DNA from: Candidatus Lokiarchaeum ossiferum
GTDB taxonomy: Archaea; Asgardarchaeota; Lokiarchaeia; Sigyniarchaeales; Promethearchaeaceae
Reading direction: 5' to 3'
Assembly (NCBI GenBank): GCA_025839675.1
Contig: CP104013.1
Coordinates: forward strand, 3,240,001 to 3,272,000
Length of the DNA stretch: 32,000 nucleotides
This document shows, in pieces, positions 8,972-18,009 of this stretch. Both the position numbers and the translations under genes were made by a program. The notes beneath the pieces were generated by a model that saw only the letters and a list, made by a program, of their open reading frames with translations, searched no databases and was not told the DNA's origin. How positions within the stretch are numbered: the first letter of the stretch is position 1; each line of letters opens with the position of its first letter.

Positions 8972-10111
8972 ATGCCAGATATAGTATTAGAAAAAGTCAG
9001 AAAAACCTTTGATCACGGGAAAGTAGTAGCCGTATCGGATGTGGATTTAGTGATTCATGAAGGGGATTTTGTATTCTTATTGGGTCCTAGCGGTTGTGGT
9101 AAAACAACCTTACTCCGGACGATATCAGGACTAATTCAACCTACCATTGGAAATGTCCTAATAGATGGACAAGATGTAACCTTAGCCCCTCCTCAAACGC
9201 GAGGAATTGCATTTGTTTTTCAAAATTTCAACATTTTCCCCATTTCAGTCTTTGATAATTGTACTTATGCTTTAAATGTTCAAGGTTTTTCTAGAGAGTA
9301 TATTATTCAACAAGGAGAAAAAGCATTACGTGTAGTTGGTTTAGAAGAACGTGGTGATGAAATCCCCATTGGATGGGGAAATGGAGATTTACAAAGATTA
9401 GGCATTGCTCGGGCAATTTGTAGCGGCGCAAAAATTTTAATTATGGATGAGCCATTGGGATCGTTAGATCCCAAAATAGGGGCAGAATTTCGCTGGGAAC
9501 TTCGAAATATTATTAAAGATCAACACTTAACTGCGATTCAAGTTACACACAATCAAGAAGAAGCCATGGCTATAGGTGATAATATTATTATTATGCGTGA
9601 TGGTAAACTATTACAACAGGATACCCCCGAACGTCTGTATAAATTTCCATCATCGATCTTTGTTGGCAACTTTTTGGGTGGACTTAATATTTTGGAAGGA
9701 TATGTATCCCATATAGAGGGGAATAACTACTCAGTGAAAGTTCGATTAGGGGGTCCAAAATACATAGTATTTTCAAAAAACACGCAATTTCGATTGGATG
9801 AAAATGTGGTAATAGCAAGCCGTCCTGAAGATATTTACCTTTTTTCAGAAGACTATGACTATAAGGCATCCCAAGCCAATTGGGAGGGTATTTTTCTGGC
9901 GGATGCTGTCATAATAGAAAAATACTTGACTGGAAAGGAACGCCGATTTATCGTAGAATTAGATAATAGCGACACTTTGGATGTTGCTAAACCAGAAGTA
10001 TTCAAATATGATTTTGAAATCGGTGATGAAGTTAAAGTTGGAATTTTTGGTGAAGATCTTCGTATTTTCAAGTATCCTAAAAATCTCCAAAAAGAAATGG
10101 ATTTACAATAG
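8972..10111 (+). CDS. ABC transporter ATP-binding protein 1 (degenerate signature motif), C-terminal TOBE-like extension
   Basis: Walker A GPSGCGKTT, Q-loop FVFQNF, Walker B ILIMDEP, H-loop QVTHNQ. WGNGDLQRLGIARA stands in place of LSGGQ. Confidence 0.9.
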   Translation: MPDIVLEKVRKTFDHGKVVAVSDVDLVIHEGDFVFLLGPSGCGKTTLLRTISGLIQPTIGNVLIDGQDVTLAPPQTRGIAFVFQNFNIFPISVFDNCTYALNVQGFSREYIIQQGEKALRVVGLEERGDEIPIGWGNGDLQRLGIARAICSGAKILIMDEPLGSLDPKIGAEFRWELRNIIKDQHLTAIQVTHNQEEAMAIGDNIIIMRDGKLLQQDTPERLYKFPSSIFVGNFLGGLNILEGYVSHIEGNNYSVKVRLGGPKYIVFSKNTQFRLDENVVIASRPEDIYLFSEDYDYKASQANWEGIFLADAVIIEKYLTGKERRFIVELDNSDTLDVAKPEVFKYDFEIGDEVKVGIFGEDLRIFKYPKNLQKEMDLQ

Positions 10112-10126
10112 GCTGATGAGAAAATC

Positions 10127-11368
10127 ATGGTAAAAATACGACTCGAAAATTTAAATTTCAAGAAGGATGGTGTCCAGATCCTTTCTAATGTAAATCTTAC
10201 AATTGAAGATAAAGAATATGCAATTTTAGTTGGTCCCACAGGCGCAGGAAAAACGAGTTTGATTGGGCTTATCAGTGGTCTTTATACTCCAACATCGGGA
10301 AAGATTTATTTTGATGAAAAAGATGTGACTAAATTACCATCGAGTGAACGTCATTGCGGAGTAATGTTTGAATCATACGCGTTATTTCCTCATCTTCATA
10401 TTTTGGATAATGTGAGCTATGCTCGCCATATGCACGAATCGAATCACCAAGAGACTTATTCAATTTCCCAGGCAGTGTTGAACTTGGTTAGGTTATCAGA
10501 CCGCGATTTTGCTTTGCCGAAGGAATGTTCGGGAGGTATGCAACAGAGAGTGGCACTAGCTCGAGCTATAATGGCATTGGAAGAAGGAGGAGTACTCATT
10601 TTGGATGAACCCTTCAAAGCTTTGGACGCGGGACTTCGTCTAAACCTTCGAAGAGAAGTAAAATCTATTGCAAAAAGCACTCAACTCAATCTTACCACGA
10701 TCCATGTCACCAACGACATGCAAGAAGCGATGTTAGCAGATAAAATTATAGTTCTTGATCACGGTAAGATTCGCCAAATTGGGGCTCCAATGGAAATTAT
10801 GTATTCTCCCATTGACCTCTTCGTTACCAATTTCTTTAGCACGGAATTAAATCACTTCTCAGGTAAAATTATCCAGAAAGAACCTGTACTTGAAAAAGGT
10901 TTTAAAAATGTTTCTCTGGAGAAGATCATTATCCAATCCGAAGAGGGGTATTTTCTCTATGCTAAAACAGAAAAAAATTTCGAGGTGGGAGATGAAGTCA
11001 CTTTTCTTATCCGATCTCAATATTTCAAATCGCGCCATAAAAGGCGAGATGACAAAGCGAATAAAATTGTCGGTAAAGTCAAACGAGCCAAATTTATGGG
11101 TGCTTGGCTTCGATTGGAGATCGAAGCAAAATTTAAATATGAAAATTTCCCAGAATATGAAAAATCTTCTTCCCAAGCAGTTGTTTCAGCCAAAATAAAA
11201 CTTGAAGCACCCAAGAAATTGATCAAAGTTGAAGTACCCACAACTCGGGTCGCCATACATAATTTTAAGGTAAATGAAACAGTCACGATTTACTTCCCAA
11301 GCGAGTATGTGATAGTATTCCCCCGAATTGCTTCGACCATTCTTGACTCCACACTCCGAATAAATTAA
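10127..11368 (+). CDS. ABC transporter ATP-binding protein 2 (degenerate Q-loop and H-loop), long C-terminal extension
   Basis: Walker A GPTGAGKTS, signature CSGGMQQRVALARA, Walker B LILDEP. The Q-loop position reads MFESY (E for Q) and the H-loop reads HVTNDM (N for H). Confidence 0.9.
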   Translation: MVKIRLENLNFKKDGVQILSNVNLTIEDKEYAILVGPTGAGKTSLIGLISGLYTPTSGKIYFDEKDVTKLPSSERHCGVMFESYALFPHLHILDNVSYARHMHESNHQETYSISQAVLNLVRLSDRDFALPKECSGGMQQRVALARAIMALEEGGVLILDEPFKALDAGLRLNLRREVKSIAKSTQLNLTTIHVTNDMQEAMLADKIIVLDHGKIRQIGAPMEIMYSPIDLFVTNFFSTELNHFSGKIIQKEPVLEKGFKNVSLEKIIIQSEEGYFLYAKTEKNFEVGDEVTFLIRSQYFKSRHKRRDDKANKIVGKVKRAKFMGAWLRLEIEAKFKYENFPEYEKSSSQAVVSAKIKLEAPKKLIKVEVPTTRVAIHNFKVNETVTIYFPSEYVIVFPRIASTILDSTLRIN

Positions 11369-11481
11369 CCCAAGATGTCAACTTTTTTAAAATTTAATTA
11401 TATTATAAAATAAACTACCAGGTGATATGAATTTCACTCAAAAATTTCCTACAAGACCGAAATAATGCAAATACTTTAGAA

Positions 11482-12111
11482 ATGGCTATTGCCCATATGC
11501 AAAAAACCCTTGAAACCGTGGTTGAATTTGAACGTGGATTTACCATTTATGTCGAAGAAAAAAACCCGACACTTGCCTTAGAGATTTTTCAACGAGTAGA
11601 CCAATTAGAAAATGAAGCAGACACTTTGCGTCGGGATATTTTAATGCATATTGCACAAAGTGAACTTTCTCCTCAAATGCGAGAGGATTTATCTCATTTA
11701 GTAAAACGTATTGATCGAATTGCAAATACAACGGATGGAGCGGCACGAAGAATATCTGGAATAAATCATGAACACTTTGCAGCTCTTGGAGATAATATAT
11801 TAGCTAAGATGGTTGAAATCATCCGCTTATCGGTTGAAGCCACAAAAATTCTGTTCAATCTAATTAAGAAAATGGATGATATGTTGAATCGCGAAACCTT
11901 TCGTGTGTGCGAAAAAATTCAACACATCGAACATAAATGCGATCAGTTGCATTCCACTATCTATGAAATGTTAAATAAACTTGAACTCGCGCCATTCAAT
12001 CACTTTGTAGCGATTCAAATTTCCAATTTCGTCGATATGATCGAAACAATTTCCGACAAAGTAGAAGATGTCTCCGATTATATTGAAGTTTTAAAAACAG
12101 CTAAACGGTAA
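11482..12111 (+). CDS. DUF47 / PhoU-like (TIGR00153-type) protein
   Basis: Two helical repeats with the DUF47-like pattern: VDQLENEADTLRRDI...REDLSHLVKRIDRIAN and IEHKCDQLHSTIYE...FVDMIETISDKVEDVSD. Confidence 0.7.
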   Translation: MAIAHMQKTLETVVEFERGFTIYVEEKNPTLALEIFQRVDQLENEADTLRRDILMHIAQSELSPQMREDLSHLVKRIDRIANTTDGAARRISGINHEHFAALGDNILAKMVEIIRLSVEATKILFNLIKKMDDMLNRETFRVCEKIQHIEHKCDQLHSTIYEMLNKLELAPFNHFVAIQISNFVDMIETISDKVEDVSDYIEVLKTAKR

Positions 12112-12128
12112 CAAAGGTTAGTTCATCA

Positions 12129-13058
12129 ATGGTCAAGCGCAGCAACAAGATTTTTTCTTTTTTCCTTATATTCATTTTTGTTCTATCAACAACAGGTTTG
12201 GGTTATTATTACTTCATCTATGAAGCGGAACCAAATACAATATCGAAGCCTAAGCAATATTTTGGATTGGGTGGATGGAGCTATGAGTTTGATGAAAATA
12301 CGTCGCAAGAAATCATTAGTTCCTGCTTGGCGAAGAATTGGACATTTCTACTAATATCTATCAATACTCATGAATTAAACCAATCTCACTCCCAATATTC
12401 CTCGCAATCAGAAACTAAAGCGCTTGATCTTATTAAACAAGCTCATGAGGAAAATATTTCCATTCATATCATGACTTTAGAAGACCCGGTCTTTTGTGAA
12501 CGCGCTTTTCATGATAATGCCCTTCAACGTATTAGTGAAATTTTGGCCTTCAACACAAAATATCCGCGCACGCCCTTTGATGGGATCCATCTTGATGTGG
12601 AACCCCATGGTCATCCAAACTGGAATAGTACCGCGTCTTGGACTGAAAAAAATTTAATTTTTGAGCACTGGTTGGAATTACTTTCAAAAATTCGAGTTTT
12701 ACTAGATGATTATAAAGCGGATTATGAATGTGTGCCAGTATTGTCTGCTGCTGTCGCCTATTGGTACAATGAACGAACTATAAATAATTCCCTTGAACGA
12801 GGAGACCCCACAACATTGCACTCTTACTTAGACGTTATTATCCCAATGGTCTACGGAGGAATTGGAAAGACTGCTGAAGATATTTATGCCAAGATTGAGG
12901 ATGAACTTCCTTATTCACCCATGGTCATTGGTATTGGGTATGAGGAATTTTCTTCGCACTCCGCTATGTTGGAGACCATTGCAGCATTTTCGTTGAAATG
13001 CGAAAATTCCACGAATTTTATAGGAATTTCAATCTATCACGCATCTTTGATTGAATAG
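12129..13058 (+). CDS. membrane-anchored hypothetical protein, possibly glycoside-hydrolase-like TIM barrel
   Basis: N-terminal TM helix (IFSFFLIFIFVLSTTGLGYYYFI). The DGIHLDVEPHGHPNW motif is reminiscent of GH-like hypothetical families. The function call is weak. Confidence 0.5.
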   Translation: MVKRSNKIFSFFLIFIFVLSTTGLGYYYFIYEAEPNTISKPKQYFGLGGWSYEFDENTSQEIISSCLAKNWTFLLISINTHELNQSHSQYSSQSETKALDLIKQAHEENISIHIMTLEDPVFCERAFHDNALQRISEILAFNTKYPRTPFDGIHLDVEPHGHPNWNSTASWTEKNLIFEHWLELLSKIRVLLDDYKADYECVPVLSAAVAYWYNERTINNSLERGDPTTLHSYLDVIIPMVYGGIGKTAEDIYAKIEDELPYSPMVIGIGYEEFSSHSAMLETIAAFSLKCENSTNFIGISIYHASLIE

Positions 13059-13168
13059 TCGTTAAAATGAAATTATCAGATGAAAATGCCTCCTTAATAG
13101 ATTTAATTCCCTAAAACCGTCAATAAAACCATCTGTAAAATATGCAGTCAAAATAAATGAAAGAGACC

Positions 13169-13231
13169 ATTTCCGACAAGGCTGAAGATGTCTCAGATAA
13201 TGGTGAAGATTTTTAAACTGCTATAAGGTAA
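13169..13231 (+). repeat. degenerate second copy of the 3' end of the DUF47 gene (compare 12049-12111)
   Basis: Hand alignment gives about 51 matches over about 65 columns with two 2-nt indels. ETISDKVEDVSDYIEVLKTAKR-stop corresponds to ETISDKAEDVSDNGEDF-stop. Confidence 0.55.
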
Positions 13232-13322
13232 TAACAGAGAATAATAAGAATGCAACAAAAAACTGAATCTGATCTAGTGAATCCTTATTATCAAAGCTCA
13301 TCTAATGTATTCATATTTTTCA

Positions 13323-16300
13323 TTATTTTTTTCCATTCAAAATTTTCCAGAGATTTTTATAATCTTCTCCTTTCATTTTACTTTTTTTCTTGGGATCTAT
13401 CCACTTAGAAGATTCTAGATCACTTAACCAATTTACTACCTCGTATGAATTAACATCATATATTTTTTTATTGCTCTTACAATATATTTTACCTATTCTA
13501 TTTGCAATAGTTCGCGGTACATTATTAATTCTCATCAGTATTCCTTCGTCAGTATTCACACCATAGTATATCATTGCTGGTAAATTGCTAAGTTTTCTTT
13601 GCTCATCGATAGACATCAACTGCCTATCTTTATCATTATAGGTTAACTTTTGAATTGAGGATAAACCCCAAGTTGATAAATTAATAATCTTACTATATAT
13701 TACAGAAATACATTTTGTTATTGAATTTATATCTATACCACTGAAATGTAAATTAGAAATCTCATCAATTTTTTTACCACCTACCCAATCATTTATTATA
13801 CTTGCAATATATGAGCCTTGTCGAAACTCATCAGCTTTTATAGAGTTCAAATCTTGACTAATTTCAGGAATTTTATCAATCATTATACCAACCATATCTG
13901 CTAAAACTCCACTCTCACTTGAAAAAATATGACTACTTGTCCAGTCTATCTCCTTTAGGTTTTTATCTTTTACTGATTTTAATGTCTTCTTAATTGTTTC
14001 TGGACAAAAACCTGTTAAATCCGATAATTTTGCTATTCCTTTGTTTTTATCTAATTTCATTACATATTTTTCAACTGCTTCTAATAATACTTCTTTTTTC
14101 TCTTCCTCAAGTTGTCTATATCCATACGTAGAATTTAAAGTAATTTCAAGATTTGAAAGAAAATTGCTTAAAGAATCAGCTTGATTATACATATGGGAAA
14201 TATATTGAGCAAATGTTGACCATTCCGGAAGGTAAGTAAAATCTTGTAATTCTTTGTTTTCGCCTAAAGCAATGAATTCATTTACCATTTTTACCAAAAT
14301 GGATATTATTGCTTTGATGGATTCATGAATAAATTTTGATGCTTTAATTTTCTCCTTATCATTTGTTACTATTATACCGACTGTACCTATAATACTTTGA
14401 TATATTCGACCAACTCTACCAGTTAAATTCATGAAATCTGACGCAGGCATTGTTTTATATGGGTAAGAATAAGATGCCATGATTATGGATGAAACAGGAA
14501 AATTTATTCCTGCTACTATTGTCGTGGTTGATATGAGTATACTCAAATCATTATTTTTCATTAACCATTCCATTAAATATCTTATTTCATCTGGAAGACC
14601 AGCATGATGAATCCCAATCCCTTTTTCAAGAAGTTTTATTAATGGAAATTTTTCACTTATCTCATCACTTATATAGTTCATTACAAGAGATGTGTTCGCG
14701 GAATTTTTTTTCTTTTTAGGTAAAACTTGATAAAGCTCTTCAGCAAGCTTCCATGTACTATCTTTAGTTTTTACCGTAATTATAATATTCTCATTGTTTT
14801 TCTTCTTCTCTATGACTTTCTGAGCGATATATGAACTCAAAATATATTTTGTATTTTTATATTTTGAAAAAGGGTATTTTGAATGAGTTTCTTCACTTAA
14901 TTTTATTTTACTCTTTATTTTTATCTTTTTATCGCTAGTTATTTTTGGTTCAAAATAGCTACTTACATTACGTTTTGATCCTTCAATACTATATAAACCA
15001 ATTATACTCTGATTTGGTTGCCAATCCATTTGAATTTTTATTGAACGAGGGTTTTGTGGATCAAGCCATTCGGCAATCTGATGATTATTTGGGATAAAAG
15101 GTGTTAGAAGTAGAAATCTATTTTTTGGGCAATCCCTCATTATCACAGATAAGAGTAACTCCAAGTTCAGCCCCCTTGTTTCATCTCCAATATTATGAGC
15201 TTCATCGATAATAGTTAATACAAGATTTCTCTGTAGATTTTTCTCAATATCCTGTCTTACCAACAAACTAAATTTTTCTGGGGTTGTCACTAAAATATCA
15301 AAGAAATTTCTTTGATTGATTAAATTATCTTCAAAAGAATCAATTTCCAAAGCCCCACTCATCTTTTCAACCTTTATTGAGAGTGGTTCAATACTTAAAT
15401 CTCGTCTTAAATCATTTGTTACTTGATTAACGAGAGTTCTTGTAGGTACAATATATGCAATCCAGCCCTTTTCTTCCGCAAATTGATTTAAAGCTTGGAG
15501 AATTCTAAACTTCGCAATTAAAGTTTTTCCACTCGAAGTTGGCAGATTAACAACAATTGCTTTGCTAACTGGGTTTAATAGTCCTTGTTCTAATAATGCA
15601 ATTCTCTGAGGATACATGAATTCATAAATTGGTTTAGAGGATTCTGGATTTGTTAGGATATTCGCATATTTTGAAAAACGTGAATTAATTCTATTTGCTG
15701 TATACCAAATTGAATTGAAAATCATTTTTTTATATGTTAAATGGATTAACCTTTGAAGATAATTAAGATCTTGAAGTTGTCCTTTTTCACTATGAATTAG
15801 AGAATTTTTTTTATGAAACTCTAGTGTTTCGATAATATTTGGAGGTTTACCATGTGTCAAATATAAGGAAATTAATTCCGTTGATTTAGCAAGATGATAT
15901 AGTGATGCTAGCTCATGCGCAGATTGGAATTTTTGATTTTCTGGCTTGTTATCAAGATAATTTCTTTCAAACTCGTGTTGATTTTTTCTGAGTTCAACTA
16001 TCATATCAATTGATTTGCTTAAATCTTCCCATGTGTTTTTTTTAATTAAATAAAAAAAAGAATGAAAAATAGTATAAAATAATTTTTTATCCCATTTCTC
16101 CTCTTCATCTAAGTTAAAAATAATTTTTGATTCATTTTTTGTTAGGTATCTTTGAATATCTTCCCATTTTTCCCCTAAATATGCGTATGAGGCAAGTTTA
16201 ATAATAAATTTAATCTTTCTTAATGGTTTTTCTGGTATTGGCAATGTTTCCATTAATTTAAATTGATCAAAACATAATTTGGAGAATTTCTCTTTTTCAA

Positions 16301-16538
16301 CATTTCTCTCATCTTTAGTTTCAAAAGCAAAATTCCAATTTTCTATAATGGCAAATTCATTTATAAAGATTAAGTTCTCAATTGATTTCAATTCTGATAT
16401 GGAAAGTTGTTTTTGTTCATTAAAATTATTGTAAATTTGCTTTTCTTTAATTATCTGGAACATTTTTATTTCTTCAGACTCATTTTTCAAATTTAAAATT
16501 TTAAAATTTTCAGCTTCCATCTGGATTTTCTCCATCAT
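13323..16538 (-). CDS. superfamily-2 DEAH-box helicase, Ski2/Hel308-like core with ~320-aa N-terminal and ~360-aa C-terminal extensions; HamB-like
   Basis: Motif I NLPTSSGKT, Ia IVPTRTL, Ib VTTPEK, II IIDEAHNIGD, HHAGLP, V ISTTTIVAGINFP, VI LTGRVGR. It overlaps the upstream 280-aa gene by 29 nt. Confidence 0.9.
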   Translation of the reverse strand: MMEKIQMEAENFKILNLKNESEEIKMFQIIKEKQIYNNFNEQKQLSISELKSIENLIFINEFAIIENWNFAFETKDERNVEKEKFSKLCFDQFKLMETLPIPEKPLRKIKFIIKLASYAYLGEKWEDIQRYLTKNESKIIFNLDEEEKWDKKLFYTIFHSFFYLIKKNTWEDLSKSIDMIVELRKNQHEFERNYLDNKPENQKFQSAHELASLYHLAKSTELISLYLTHGKPPNIIETLEFHKKNSLIHSEKGQLQDLNYLQRLIHLTYKKMIFNSIWYTANRINSRFSKYANILTNPESSKPIYEFMYPQRIALLEQGLLNPVSKAIVVNLPTSSGKTLIAKFRILQALNQFAEEKGWIAYIVPTRTLVNQVTNDLRRDLSIEPLSIKVEKMSGALEIDSFEDNLINQRNFFDILVTTPEKFSLLVRQDIEKNLQRNLVLTIIDEAHNIGDETRGLNLELLLSVIMRDCPKNRFLLLTPFIPNNHQIAEWLDPQNPRSIKIQMDWQPNQSIIGLYSIEGSKRNVSSYFEPKITSDKKIKIKSKIKLSEETHSKYPFSKYKNTKYILSSYIAQKVIEKKKNNENIIITVKTKDSTWKLAEELYQVLPKKKKNSANTSLVMNYISDEISEKFPLIKLLEKGIGIHHAGLPDEIRYLMEWLMKNNDLSILISTTTIVAGINFPVSSIIMASYSYPYKTMPASDFMNLTGRVGRIYQSIIGTVGIIVTNDKEKIKASKFIHESIKAIISILVKMVNEFIALGENKELQDFTYLPEWSTFAQYISHMYNQADSLSNFLSNLEITLNSTYGYRQLEEEKKEVLLEAVEKYVMKLDKNKGIAKLSDLTGFCPETIKKTLKSVKDKNLKEIDWTSSHIFSSESGVLADMVGIMIDKIPEISQDLNSIKADEFRQGSYIASIINDWVGGKKIDEISNLHFSGIDINSITKCISVIYSKIINLSTWGLSSIQKLTYNDKDRQLMSIDEQRKLSNLPAMIYYGVNTDEGILMRINNVPRTIANRIGKIYCKSNKKIYDVNSYEVVNWLSDLESSKWIDPKKKSKMKGEDYKNLWKILNGKK

Positions 16539-17352
16539 CCATTATTATTTGTTCTAGGCTTTTAATACTAAAAGGCAAGTAACAACCAATTAATTCAAGA
16601 ACCATTTTTTTTTTTATAATGCTATTTAATTTTTTAAATCGTTTTTCCAAATCCATTTTATTTGGATTGACATCTCTTATTAAAATTCCGACTATTTTAT
16701 ATCCACATTTGTCTGTTTCTAAGAAATATTTTAAAGCTCGAAAATAATTTTTTTTTAACTCATTATTAATGTTCAAATTAGTTGTTTTTATCGCTATGGT
16801 TCTAATTAAGTTATTTACAACTTCTTTTTCCTCTATCAAATCTGTAAGCTGACCTTCCAATCCAGATTTTCCATAAACTACATTAGGAGGATATTTATCT
16901 GAAGAAGATGTTTTAACTTCACCAAATAGAAACATAATAGATGATTTACCATGATTATGAAAGCCTACAATATCTGCACCTTGAATATTTGCATTTATAT
17001 TCCTTGCATCATCTATATTGTCATAATAGAACTTGGCATTTCTTTCCTCTTCTAAAAAGCATTTTGCCAATGTTTCACCAATTTTCCAGTCTTTAGGTTT
17101 AAGATTGCTTGTAAATATATCGGAAAGATTATTAACAGAAAAACCTGTTGAATCTAGCCCAAATTCAATCCAATTTTCTTCATGATCTTGTATAATTTCA
17201 TTAGTACTTTCCACCGAAAAATATTTTTCTTTTACGGTTGTTTTAACATAATCTAAAATATCATTCTCTTCAAATTCTACTCCAAAATATAATGAATCAT
17301 TATTCTTTTCTTGATATACAATCTTATAATTATTTAATCCATTAGTTACCAT
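16510..17352 (-). CDS. 280-aa protein with PD-(D/E)xK-type nuclease motif; HamA (DUF1837)-like candidate
   Basis: GETLAKCFLEEE (E93), GADIVGF (D127) and FLFGEVKTS (E145, K147) give the E...D...ExK arrangement of restriction-endonuclease-fold proteins. It is first in the operon and translationally coupled to the helicase. The DUF1837 assignment is not verifiable by eye. Confidence 0.6.
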   Translation of the reverse strand: MVTNGLNNYKIVYQEKNNDSLYFGVEFEENDILDYVKTTVKEKYFSVESTNEIIQDHEENWIEFGLDSTGFSVNNLSDIFTSNLKPKDWKIGETLAKCFLEEERNAKFYYDNIDDARNINANIQGADIVGFHNHGKSSIMFLFGEVKTSSSDKYPPNVVYGKSGLEGQLTDLIEEKEVVNNLIRTIAIKTTNLNINNELKKNYFRALKYFLETDKCGYKIVGILIRDVNPNKMDLEKRFKKLNSIIKKKMVLELIGCYLPFSIKSLEQIIMDDGENPDGS

Positions 17353-17703
17353 AATAATTCCACATTTTTCTGCCTTTTCTAATAAATAATCTTAGAGTTA
17401 TCTTTAATTAAAAGAACTTTTTCGTTTTTAGTAAAAAGATATTTATCTAAACTTTGAGTCAATTTAATATATATTCATATCTTGATACTTATAAACATAC
17501 ATGTAAGTATGAGAATTCAACTTTTTTCTTGAAATACTGTATAATCATTTTTTATTCGGATGATTATCGATTGATTTAAGGATTCTATCTTATGAATTGT
17601 AATTGATCTGAAATTCCTGTTTTATTTTTAAAATTTGATACTAACTTAATTTAAATTTTCTATAAGATGGTAAGGCTCAATTTTGGTTTATTTTAATAAA
17701 TGA

Positions 17704-17910
17704 AAAAAAAATAAGATTTATAGTTTCCTAAATGCTCAATTTAAGAGTTTTAGCGAAGAAAAAACCTATTTGGAACAATTTAAAAAAATATTAGCAATTT
17801 CAAATAAGATCTCTCAAACACAAATAGCAGATATGATGAATATATCTGAAAAACAATTGTTGTCTCTGCTAATGAACTGGAGTGATACCATTTCGTTCAA
17901 AAGTAAGTGA
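17704..17910 (+). pseudogene. start-less fragment encoding a helix-turn-helix/winged-helix-like C-terminus
   Basis: The frame is open from 17704 with no ATG before ...ADMMN. It encodes EEKTYLEQFKKILAISNKISQTQIADMMNISEKQLLSLLMNWSDTISFKSK-stop. The first 39 nt from 17755 are identical to 22255-22293. Confidence 0.5.
17755..17793. repeat. left copy of perfect 39-bp direct repeat
   Basis: gaagaaaaaacctatttggaacaatttaaaaaaatatta is identical to 22255-22293. The flanks on both sides are unrelated. Confidence 0.9.
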
Positions 17911-18009
17911 AAGAAAATTTTTTCAATATATTTTGAAAGGAAGGATGGCAAGATGAATTTCAACTCTCACTTCGAAAATTATTTATAGGTATTCATTAGA
18001 TACTCTCCC

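Noticed and set aside
7786-8973. Track ORFs 7786..8130 and 8620..8973 on the minus strand (also 4305..4688, 9859..10239, 10456..10680, 10859..11176, 11017..11286, 11540..11746)
   Set aside because: They lie fully antisense to, or out of frame within, strongly supported genes (APRT, permease, ATPases, DUF47). Their translations are low-complexity. They are shadow ORFs.
17844-17905. C/D-box sRNA: ATGATGA followed by CTGA motifs
   Set aside because: The CTGA lies only 6 nt after the C-like box. No properly spaced C'/D pair or terminal stem is present. The sequence is better explained as the coding remnant ...ADMMNISEKQ...
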